Positions 9,102-16,904 of a DNA stretch of 32,000 bases are shown piece after piece (positions within the stretch are counted from its first letter, which is position 1; every line of letters starts with the position of its first letter). This DNA is from Mycobacterium heidelbergense (GTDB lineage: Bacteria > Actinomycetota > Actinomycetes > Mycobacteriales > Mycobacteriaceae). The stretch is from positions 3,353,512 to 3,385,511 of the forward strand of contig NZ_AP022615.1 in NCBI RefSeq assembly GCF_010730745.1, written 5' to 3'. Below the pieces are notes generated by a model. It saw nothing but the letters and a program-made list of their open reading frames with translations. It was not told where the DNA came from and ran no database searches. Both the position numbers and the translations under genes were made by a program.

Positions 9102-10411
9102 TGTCGAACGCTCAATTGACTGCGGTCATATTTGTGCTTTTTGTGCTGGTCGGTCTGGCCCAATTGCTGGGATATCTATTCGTAAAGCTCGGTCAGCCGA
9201 AGGTCGTGGGGGAGATCCTGGCCGGCATCACACTCGGTCCGGCGCTGCTGGGCCGGTTGCCGTTCGTCGAGCACCTCATGAGCACCGCCAGGCACGATAG
9301 CCAGATCCTCAGTTTCGTCTACTGGCTCGGGCTCCTGTTGCTGATGTTCGTCTCCGGCGCCGAGGTGCAGCAGCTGTTCGGCCGGGGCGAGCGCCGGACC
9401 GTGAGTTGGCTCGTCGTCGTCGGGACCGGCGTACCGTTCCTGCTCGGGCTGACCTTCGGGTCCCATCTCATTCGTCCGAGCCTGGCCGGACCGCACGGCA
9501 ACCGCGTGTCCCTGATCATCATTCTGGCGGTGGGCGTCGCCGTCACTTCGGTGCCGGTGGTGTCGAAAATCTTTGCCGACCTGAAGATCCTGGACACACG
9601 TTTCGCGCGCCTCATCCTCGGCGTCGCCGTGCTCGAGGACATCGTGCTGTGGCTGGCGCTGGCGATCGCGACCTCCATCGCGGCGAAGTCGCATCTGAAT
9701 CCGTGGCTGATGTCGTTGCATCTGCTGGTGACGGTGGCTTATTTCGTTCTCGGGCTTACGCTTGTCCCCCGCGCCGTCAAGCGCATCAACAAGGCTCGCT
9801 GGAACGCGTTGGCGCGGTATTCGCCCACCGGCTACGCGATCGCGGTGTTGCTCGCTTACTGCGCGGTCGCCGGAGCGCTCGACGTCAACCTGGTGTTCGC
9901 CGCGTTCCTCGCCGGCTTTGCCCTCGTCGACAACGAACGCGGAATCTTCGAGGACTCCATCGGGGCGATCAGCAAGGTGTCCTTCGCCTTCTTCATTCCG
10001 GTCTACTTCGCGATCGTCGGCCTGAAGCTGGACCTCATCCGGGGCGTGTCGTTGCCGATGATGGCCATCTTCATCGTCGGCACCTGCGTGGTCAAAATGC
10101 TGTCGGTCGCGCTCGCCGGGCGGCTCGCCGGTTTCTGGGGCCTCGATCTGATCAACCTCGGGATCACCACCAACGCCCGCGGCGGCCCGGGCATCGTGCT
10201 GGCCAGCGTCGCGTTCGACGCCGGCATCATCAGCTCGAAGTTCTACACCACGCTGGTGGTCGCGGCCGTGCTCACCTCGCAGTTCGCCGGCGCCTGGATC
10301 GACTACGTGCTGCGTAAAGGCTGGCCGCTGTTGGGATCCGACGCGCCGCGGGACGCCGCGCGCGTGCCGCGCGCAAACGGCGATCGCGCCGTCGGCCGGG
10401 GGGCGGGATGA
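9101..10411 (+). CDS. Cation:proton antiporter (CPA2 / Na+/H+ exchanger family)
   Basis: GTG 9101 overlaps the upstream stop TAG 9099-9101, with GAGGAG at 9089-9094. The N-terminal GQPKVVGEILAGITLGPALLG is typical of Kef/NapA-type CPA2 transporters. There are about 12 hydrophobic segments and no C-terminal KTN/TrkA domain. The 8198-9100 part of the tracked ORF is a spurious extension. Confidence 0.85.
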   Translation: MSNAQLTAVIFVLFVLVGLAQLLGYLFVKLGQPKVVGEILAGITLGPALLGRLPFVEHLMSTARHDSQILSFVYWLGLLLLMFVSGAEVQQLFGRGERRTVSWLVVVGTGVPFLLGLTFGSHLIRPSLAGPHGNRVSLIIILAVGVAVTSVPVVSKIFADLKILDTRFARLILGVAVLEDIVLWLALAIATSIAAKSHLNPWLMSLHLLVTVAYFVLGLTLVPRAVKRINKARWNALARYSPTGYAIAVLLAYCAVAGALDVNLVFAAFLAGFALVDNERGIFEDSIGAISKVSFAFFIPVYFAIVGLKLDLIRGVSLPMMAIFIVGTCVVKMLSVALAGRLAGFWGLDLINLGITTNARGGPGIVLASVAFDAGIISSKFYTTLVVAAVLTSQFAGAWIDYVLRKGWPLLGSDAPRDAARVPRANGDRAVGRGAG

Positions 10412-10423
10412 TCGCGCGAGTCG

Positions 10424-11065
10424 TCACAGAGCGGTCAAGCCCACCGTGAGCAGGACGCAGCCGACCCCGGCCAGCAGGGCGGCCACCTCGATGCGGCGAC
10501 GCGACCGGATCCAGTTGTGCAAGGCCGTCATCCACGTGCGCGTGGTCCGGGGCGCCAGCAGGTACGCGAGCAGTGGGATCTCCACCAGCGCGAAGGCCAC
10601 GACGTTGAACACCAGCAGCGCGCCGACCTGTGTCATGGCCGCGGCGCCGGAGGCCAGAATGACGGCCAGCGCGGCCAGATAATCCACGGACGGCAGCGCG
10701 ATTCCCAGCCCGGCCACCCCCGCGACCCACAACGAAGGCCCGTGCAGCAGCCGTCGGGTCCACGTCGTGAGCTTCCCCGGCCCGTCGCCGCGTTTCATGA
10801 CGAGCAGCACGGCGGCGACCAACAGCGCCAGCACGCCGATGAAGATCTGGACCCTGGGCAACGTGAAGTACGTCGACCCCAGCAGCCGGCGTCGCAAGAC
10901 GAACAGGACGACCAGGCCGACGGTCGTTCCCATCGCGAAGCCGCCGCACAGCAATGCGAGCAGTTGCAGCAGCGGCCGGGGCCTGCTCAGCATCAGCACC
11001 GTCATGCCGATCCGGAACGGTTCGAGGCTCACGGCGAGGGCCATCACCAGGACGGTGATCCACAT
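10424..11065 (-). CDS. GAP-family (DUF2910-like) integral membrane protein
   Basis: 213 aa with about 6 TM segments. The N-terminus MWITVLVMALAVSLEPFRIGMTVLMLSRPRP resembles mycobacterial proteins annotated as GAP family. Starts at ATG 11065. It is convergent with the antiporter, 12 bp between stops. Confidence 0.55.
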   Translation of the reverse strand: MWITVLVMALAVSLEPFRIGMTVLMLSRPRPLLQLLALLCGGFAMGTTVGLVVLFVLRRRLLGSTYFTLPRVQIFIGVLALLVAAVLLVMKRGDGPGKLTTWTRRLLHGPSLWVAGVAGLGIALPSVDYLAALAVILASGAAAMTQVGALLVFNVVAFALVEIPLLAYLLAPRTTRTWMTALHNWIRSRRRIEVAALLAGVGCVLLTVGLTAL

Positions 11066-11080
11066 ACGGTCTGACGCCGC

Positions 11081-11233
11081 TCAGGCGTCGAACCGGCGCT
11101 GCCGGCACCGCTCCACGCACGCGGCCCGCCGGATCTTGCCGCTCGTCGTGCGTTCGCGCGGCAGGGTGACGACGGACGAATTCTGCATGGGCGCCAGGTT
11201 ACCGTCTTGACGCGCGACGGCCTCGCCGGCGGT
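11081..11233 (-). pseudogene. C-terminal remnant of a FadD/FAAL-type adenylate-forming enzyme
   Basis: My own translation of the minus strand gives TAGEAVARQDGNLAPMQNSSVVTLPRERTTSGKIRRAACVERCRQRRFDA, ending at TGA (11081-11083). (L)PRT.SGKIRR followed by A-C-V-E-x-x-R is the invariant C-terminal signature of acyl-AMP/CoA ligases, FAAL-like in particular. No upstream body of the gene exists. The fragment begins directly after the stop TAG (11234-11236) of the YeiH-like gene, in the same frame. Confidence 0.6.
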
Positions 11234-12361
11234 CTACGCGCTTACGCCCCAATGGAACACGCGCGAGGTGAGCAGGACAATGCCCAGCGAAACCGACGCG
11301 ACCACGGTGAGCCCTATCACCGCGACGACGAGCGGGCGCCACCCCGTGCGCGCGATCTGGCGAATGTCGGTGTTCAGGCCGACACCGGCAAAGGTCAGCA
11401 GGAACGCCCACTTCGACACGTTGGCCAGGTTGGCGGTCTGGCCCTTGGTCAGCCAGCCCGCGGTCGCGATCGCCGAGACCGCCAAGAAACCGAGCACGAA
11501 TTTCGGGAACTTCTTCCAGATGAACGCCGCCTTGGCCGTCGCGCCCGGGGCGATCTCGTCGGCCTGCCCGCGCGCGGCCCAATACAGCGCGAAGCCCAGG
11601 ACAACGAACCCGATCAGCGAGTTGCGGGTCGACTTGACCAGCACGGCGATCTTGCCGGCGTGGTCGGAGAACAGATAACCCGTGGCGGTGGTTTCGGCGG
11701 TGTTGTCCACCGCGAGCCCCGCCCAGATGCCGAATTCGCGATCCGTCAGGCCGATCGCATGTCCCAACGGCGGCAACACGAACAGTGCCACCGCGCCCAG
11801 CGCCAGGATCGCCGCGATGGCATACCCGACATCGGAGTTGCGGGCCCGGATCGCGCCCTTGGCCGCGATGATGGCCGACACCCCGCAGATCGACGTGCCG
11901 ATCGCCAGCAACGAGCCCAGCTTGCCGGACAACCCGAACGCGCGCGCGGCGACGATGATGATGGTTCCCGCGACCGTCATGTCCACCAGGATCTGGATCA
12001 GGCTCAGCCCGCCAAGTTTCGCGATATCGCCGAGCACGAATCGGGCTCCCAGCACCACGATCCCGGCCTTGAGCCAAAACTCGTAGGTCTGCACGCCGGG
12101 TCGAAATATCCGATGCAGGCCGACGGTATTGGTGATGAGCAGCCCAATCACGATGGCCCACAACACGTATTCGATATCGGGCACGCGCCAGTGTTCGTGT
12201 TTGGCCAGCGCTTTCCACCAGATCTCCGCGTATTTGCCCAACAGGCCCACGCCGATCAGCAGCAGGATGCCCGGCACGTAGTCCAGCGCCCGCCTGCTGG
12301 TGAAGGCGGGCTCGTCCACCGTCTCTTCCGGCTCGATGGACTCGATGCGAGTGGTGCTCAT
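11234..12361 (-). CDS. YeiH/UPF0324 family transporter (annotated in databases as putative sulfate exporter family)
   Basis: 375 aa with about 10 TM segments. Recognised by overall resemblance to the YeiH family, including [15 protein letters not shown] and [16 protein letters not shown]. Starts at ATG 12361. Confidence 0.65.
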   Translation of the reverse strand: MSTTRIESIEPEETVDEPAFTSRRALDYVPGILLLIGVGLLGKYAEIWWKALAKHEHWRVPDIEYVLWAIVIGLLITNTVGLHRIFRPGVQTYEFWLKAGIVVLGARFVLGDIAKLGGLSLIQILVDMTVAGTIIIVAARAFGLSGKLGSLLAIGTSICGVSAIIAAKGAIRARNSDVGYAIAAILALGAVALFVLPPLGHAIGLTDREFGIWAGLAVDNTAETTATGYLFSDHAGKIAVLVKSTRNSLIGFVVLGFALYWAARGQADEIAPGATAKAAFIWKKFPKFVLGFLAVSAIATAGWLTKGQTANLANVSKWAFLLTFAGVGLNTDIRQIARTGWRPLVVAVIGLTVVASVSLGIVLLTSRVFHWGVSA

Positions 12362-12365
12362 GCGA

Positions 12366-12533
12366 TCACCACGGGATCTTCGGGAGCACGTTGGCCACCG
12401 CCAACGCGGCGATCACACCGGCCACCAGGGTCGCCCACCAGTCCACCGATATCGAGCCGACTCGCTCGCCCCAATCGCTCCGCCGCGGCGCGCCGGTGTC
12501 CCCGCCGCCGTCCGTCGGGCCGTCTTCACTCAC
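12366..12533 (-). CDS. Unannotated 55-aa single-pass membrane microprotein
   Basis: Below the ORF-track length cutoff; translated by hand as [58 protein letters not shown] 12533 is preceded by AGGAG (12542-12546) with an 8-nt spacer. Third codon positions are strongly G/C. Stop TGA 12366-12368 lies 4 nt before the YeiH-like ATG. Confidence 0.5.
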   Translation of the reverse strand: MSEDGPTDGGGDTGAPRRSDWGERVGSISVDWWATLVAGVIAALAVANVLPKIPW

Positions 12534-12641
12534 GATGATTGCTCCTCACGCGCCCACAGCGGCCGTTACCCAGGCAAACTTTTGCCAGGGCAATAGTTGC
12601 CCGGACCGTCCCGCGGACCAAGTGATTAGCTCGGGCTGAAT

Positions 12642-14525
12642 TTAGCTCCGCGGGCGCGGGCTGACCTCGTCGAGCAGGACGATGACCCGCGCGGCCAGCT
12701 CGTCGATGTTGGCGCCTGTGGTATCGAGGACGAGGTCGGGGTTCTCGGGCGGCTCGTACGGCGCGTCGACCCCGGTGAGGCCCGTGAGCTCGCCGCGGCG
12801 GGCGCGCGCGTAGAGGCCCTTGGGGTCCCGCTTCTCGCATTCGGCCAGCGACGTGGCGACGTGCACCTCGATGAAGGGCAGCTTGGCGGCGTCGTTGAGG
12901 GCGCGGGCGGTGTCACGGTCGGACTTGAGCGGCGACACCAGCGACGCCAGCGCGACGACGCCCGCGTCGGCCAGCAGCCGGGTCAAATGGCCGACGCGCC
13001 TGATGTTTTCGGTGCGGTCGCCGGGGGAGAAGCCCAGGTCGTCGGACAGGCCGTGGCGCAGGTTGTCGCCGTCGAGCAGGTAGGCCACCCGCCCCGATTC
13101 GACGAGCGCGCGCTCCACCGCCACCGCGACCGTCGACTTGCCGGATGCGGGCAGCCCGGTGAACCAGATCGTCGCGCCCGCCTGTCCGGTGGCCCGCCAG
13201 CGGTGGCGACGGTCCAGCGCCGAAGGGTGCCAGCGGATGTCGGTGCGCGGGTGGGTGCCCGGCTTGACCTCCCGCGCCTCGATGACGGTGCCGGCGCCGA
13301 CGGTGTCGTTGGTGGCCTCGTCGATCAGGATGAACGCGCCGCTGTCGCGGTTGTCGGCGTAGCTGTCGGCGATGACGACGGAGCTGGTTCGCAGCGTCAC
13401 GGTGCCGATGTCGTTGAGCGCCAACTCGACTGGCCCGTCGAGCTCGTCGAGCGTTTCGGGGTCCAGCCGCGTGTGCAGCTCCTGCACGGTCGCGCGGACC
13501 GTCGTGGTGGTTTGCTTGAGCGCCAGCCGGTCGCCGGCCCGCAGCGGCGAGTCCACGAACCAGCACACGGTCGCGTCGAGCTCTCGGGCGAGCACCGGCC
13601 AAGTCGCGTCGTCGGCGCCGCTGACCAGCACGTCGCCGCGTCCCACGTCGATGTCGTCGGCCAGCTCGATCGAAATCGACAGCGGCGCAACGGCTGTGGC
13701 GCGGTCGTCGTCGAGGGTGTCCAGCGCGGTCACCGTCGAGCGGGTGCCGGCGGGCAGCGAGACCACCGGATCGCCGACGCGCAGCGTGCCCGCCGCGAGC
13801 CGCCCCGTGTAGCGGCGGCGGGCGTTGGCGGTCGGCCGCGACACCCACTGCACCGGCAACCGCAGCCGCGACGCTTCGGCCTGCGGCGCGGCCAGTTCCA
13901 CGCTTTCCAGGTACTCCAGCAGCGTGGGGCCGGTGTACCACGGGGTGCGGTCGGAGCGGTGCACGACGTTGTCCCCGTGCTTGGCCGCGATCGGGATCAC
14001 CGTGACGTCGATGTCGCCGAGGCGTGCCGCCAACTGGCGCAGCTGGTCTTGCACCCCGGCGAACGTGGCCGGGTCGAAGTCGATGAGGTCGATCTTGTTC
14101 ACCGTCGCGACAAAGTGCTTGATGCCCAACAGCTTTGCGATCCGCGCGTGCCTGCGGGTCTGCCGTAGCACCCCGGCGCGCGCGTCGACCAGCAGGATGG
14201 CCACATGCGCGTTGGAGGCGCCGGTGAACATGTTGCGGGTGTAGCGCTCGTGGCCGGGCGTGTCGGCCAGGATGTAGCTGCGGGTCTCGGTGGAAAAGAA
14301 GCGGTAGGCGACGTCGATGGTGATGCCCTGCTCGCGTTCGGCGCGCAGACCGTCCGACAGCGCCGCCAGGTCGGCGACGCCCTCGTCGTCGGTGACGGCC
14401 TCCAGGTGGTCGAGCGGCAGGCTGTCGGTGTCGTGCAGCAGCCGCCCGATCAGGGTGCTCTTGCCGTCGTCCACCGAACCCGCGGTGGCGATGCGCAGCA
14501 GCTGACGGGTGACGGTCGCGGTCAT
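12642..14525 (-). CDS. cysNC: Bifunctional sulfate adenylyltransferase subunit 1 (GTPase) / adenylylsulfate kinase
   Basis: GTPase motifs are GSVDDGKST, DTPGHERY and NKID. The C-terminal APS kinase domain has the P-loop FTGLPASGKST and LDGDNLRHGL. ATG 14525 overlaps the cysD stop by 1 nt (TGATG). The tracked ORF extension to 14711 is upstream read-through. Confidence 0.95.
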   Translation of the reverse strand: MTATVTRQLLRIATAGSVDDGKSTLIGRLLHDTDSLPLDHLEAVTDDEGVADLAALSDGLRAEREQGITIDVAYRFFSTETRSYILADTPGHERYTRNMFTGASNAHVAILLVDARAGVLRQTRRHARIAKLLGIKHFVATVNKIDLIDFDPATFAGVQDQLRQLAARLGDIDVTVIPIAAKHGDNVVHRSDRTPWYTGPTLLEYLESVELAAPQAEASRLRLPVQWVSRPTANARRRYTGRLAAGTLRVGDPVVSLPAGTRSTVTALDTLDDDRATAVAPLSISIELADDIDVGRGDVLVSGADDATWPVLARELDATVCWFVDSPLRAGDRLALKQTTTTVRATVQELHTRLDPETLDELDGPVELALNDIGTVTLRTSSVVIADSYADNRDSGAFILIDEATNDTVGAGTVIEAREVKPGTHPRTDIRWHPSALDRRHRWRATGQAGATIWFTGLPASGKSTVAVAVERALVESGRVAYLLDGDNLRHGLSDDLGFSPGDRTENIRRVGHLTRLLADAGVVALASLVSPLKSDRDTARALNDAAKLPFIEVHVATSLAECEKRDPKGLYARARRGELTGLTGVDAPYEPPENPDLVLDTTGANIDELAARVIVLLDEVSPRPRS

Positions 14526-15448
14526 CAAAAGTAGCCCTCTCGCTTGCGGTCCTCCATCGCGGCGGCCGAGGTGCGGTCGTCGGCGCGCGTCTCGCCGCGC
14601 TCGGAGACCGTGGCCGCGGAGATCTCGGCGATGACACCGGAGATCTCGGTGGCCCTGGAACGCACCGCCCCGGTGATGGTCAGGTCGCCGACGGTGCGGT
14701 ACCGCACCCACTCCACGGCGGAGGTTTCGCCATGCCGCGGCGCGGCATGCTCCGACACCGCGAGCAGGATGCCGTCGCGCTCGAACACCTCCCGCTCGTG
14801 CGCGTAGTAAATCGACGGTATCTCAAGGTTTTCCAGCTCGATGTAGCGCCACACGTCGAGCTCGGTCCAGTTGCTCAGCGGGAACACCCGCACCTGCTCG
14901 CCCCTCTTGATCCGGCCGTTGTAGAGCGACCACGGCTCGGGGCGCTGCGCGCGCGGGTCCCACTGGCCGAACTCGTCGCGGAAGCTCAGGATGCGTTCCT
15001 TGGCGCGGGCGCGTTCCTCGTCGCGGCGGGCGCCGCCGAAGGCCGCGTCGAAGCCGCCGGCCTCCAGCGCGTCGAGCAGCGTGCGGGTCTGCGCCCGGTT
15101 GCGTGAGGCCCTGGGCCCGGGGTCGGGGACGCGGCCGTTGTCGATGGATTCCTGGACCGAGGCGACGATCAGCTTGTGCCCCCGGCCGGTGACCCTGCGG
15201 TCGCGGAATTCGATCACCTCGGGAAAGTTGTGGCCGGTGTCGACGTGCATCACCGGGAATGGCAGGGGCAGCGGCCGAAAAGCCTTTTCCGCCAGGCGAA
15301 GCAGCACGATCGAGTCCTTGCCCGCCGAAAACAGCAGGACGGGCCGCTCCAGCTCGGCGACGACCTCGCGGATGATGTGCACCGCCTCGGCTTCCAGCAG
15401 CCGCAGTTCGTCGACTTGCCGCGTTTCTGTCGGCGCGGTCGCGGTCAC
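14525..15448 (-). CDS. cysD: Sulfate adenylyltransferase subunit 2
   Basis: PAPS-reductase-fold motif LLFSAGKDS, plus [10 protein letters not shown] and [23 protein letters not shown] 15448 overlaps the stf0 stop (GTGA, 15445-15448). Confidence 0.9.
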   Translation of the reverse strand: MTATAPTETRQVDELRLLEAEAVHIIREVVAELERPVLLFSAGKDSIVLLRLAEKAFRPLPLPFPVMHVDTGHNFPEVIEFRDRRVTGRGHKLIVASVQESIDNGRVPDPGPRASRNRAQTRTLLDALEAGGFDAAFGGARRDEERARAKERILSFRDEFGQWDPRAQRPEPWSLYNGRIKRGEQVRVFPLSNWTELDVWRYIELENLEIPSIYYAHEREVFERDGILLAVSEHAAPRHGETSAVEWVRYRTVGDLTITGAVRSRATEISGVIAEISAATVSERGETRADDRTSAAAMEDRKREGYF

Positions 15449-16248
15449 GTCGGTAGCCCCTCTCTCTCGGCGTCGGCCCGGTAGCGGTCCACCCACTCGT
15501 CGGAACGCTGGTCGGCCTGTCGCTCCAGCACCGGGTGGGGCGCCAGCCGCGGGTCGAGGCCAAGCTCCCCGAGAATGGTGCCCACCACCTGAGTCAGATT
15601 GCGCCACAACACCGGATAGGAGATCTCCATGGGTTTGATGTCCTCTTCGGCGAACCAGTTTCGCCAACCCTGTTCCTGGGCGCGCAGCATGGTGACGACG
15701 TGGGCGATCGCCCCGGGGTGATAGGTGGCGCGCGCATCGCGGACCGGATCGGGCCTGCCCCGCCACACCCGCGTCTGCACCGCCCGCCAGAACGACACGG
15801 CCTGCGACACCACGTCGGGCCGATAGACATAGACCAGGAGCGGTTCCTCGCCGATCACGTCGCGGATCGCGGCCAGCAGGCCGTCGCCGGAGCGGTCCGG
15901 CAGTTCGCGGGCGCGATTCAACAGCAGCGGCGTCTGGTTCCACATCAGCTTGCCGCCCCACACGCCGTTCGGTGTCCTCCCCACGGTGCGGATGTAGTCG
16001 CGCCAGGTCGTCGCCGGCGCGAGGTCGGGCTTACCCTCGTCGAGCGGATCGAGCAGGCTCAGGATCGACTCGTCGTCCACGCCGGCGAACCATTCCCGCG
16101 GCTGCGGGGCCTGGCTGGTGGCCGGCAGATATTGGAAGAACTCCTGGGGTTCGCCGGCCACGCCGGTCGCGCGCAGCGATTCCACCAGCAGCGTGCTGCC
16201 GCTGCGCTGGGAAGCCAGCACCAGGTACGACGACGGGCCTTCGGTCAC
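15445..16248 (-). CDS. stf0: Stf0-type sulfotransferase (trehalose 2-sulfotransferase family)
   Basis: 267 aa. [31 protein letters not shown] (PAPS-binding 5'-PSB-like loop), [10 protein letters not shown] and [14 protein letters not shown] match my recollection of M. tuberculosis Stf0 (Rv0295c). The start is GTG 16248. Confidence 0.85.
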   Translation of the reverse strand: MTEGPSSYLVLASQRSGSTLLVESLRATGVAGEPQEFFQYLPATSQAPQPREWFAGVDDESILSLLDPLDEGKPDLAPATTWRDYIRTVGRTPNGVWGGKLMWNQTPLLLNRARELPDRSGDGLLAAIRDVIGEEPLLVYVYRPDVVSQAVSFWRAVQTRVWRGRPDPVRDARATYHPGAIAHVVTMLRAQEQGWRNWFAEEDIKPMEISYPVLWRNLTQVVGTILGELGLDPRLAPHPVLERQADQRSDEWVDRYRADAEREGLPT

Positions 16249-16761
16249 CAGGGAAGCCTAACCGGACGCAAATCCGCTGCAACACTTTGACTTAGCCTCA
16301 CGCTGAGCATAACTATTCCGTGGGGCGCGAAGGTTCACGGCCCGCTCATAGGGCGGGCGGGTGGTTGCGTTCGGTGTCGTCCGGGCATCATGATGTCGCG
16401 GTCATCGGGTGGTGGTCGATATTCTTTTGGGGTAGAAGGTATTTCGCCGGTAGGCAGATGCGGGGCGGGCCGCGGGGTGAGGTCCAGATGGTGGCGCCGT
16501 CGGGCAGCGGTCGGTCGCACAGGCCCCGTGCGGACCGCAGTCGATGGTCCCCGGCCTATGTGGAGATTCCCCGTTCCGACCACCTCGTCTTTTTTGGGGA
16601 GGCGCTACCCGTGACCATGCGCCACATCGACGACTGGGTTGCAAGGAATCGCGTGCTCGCCAGTGCCTAGCGACCCCAACGACAAGCAGCGCCCCGGGTG
16701 GAACGGGCTGCTTGCCGACCCGTTGTCACATCCGTAACTCGCTGGGAGGCATAGGCGATGT

Positions 16762-16810
16762 GCCCGCCTCACAGCGACAGGCTGACCACGCGTGTCGCTA
16801 TGAGGCGGGC
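16762..16810 (-). terminator. Long near-perfect hairpin downstream of the PucR-type regulator gene (candidate factor-independent terminator or insulator)
   Basis: Arms 16762-16779 (GCCCGCCTCACAGCGACA) and 16793-16810 (TGTCGCTATGAGGCGGGC) pair at 17 of 18 positions, with a 13-nt loop. It lies 95 bp after the stop at 16905. No U-tract follows on the minus strand. Confidence 0.35.
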
Positions 16811-16904
16811 AGCGAAGTAGGTGCCTCCGAAGCCGAGACGCGAGTGACACATGTGACCACCACGGCGTGCCCGACCCGGCCGGGTGTTCACGTCCGCTCC
16901 GCCA

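Noticed and set aside
10272-11120. 282-aa minus-strand ORF and plus-strand ORFs 10517-11074 and 10767-11210 overlapping the GAP-family gene
   Set aside because: These are shadow frames with Arg/Pro/His-rich products. The 10424-11065 frame gives a coherent six-TM membrane protein.
12861-14637. 574-aa minus-strand ORF (12913-14637) and 435-aa plus-strand ORF (12861-14168) overlapping cysNC
   Set aside because: They are in alternative frames of a gene with clear GTPase and APS-kinase motifs. Their products are Arg/Pro-rich with no motifs.
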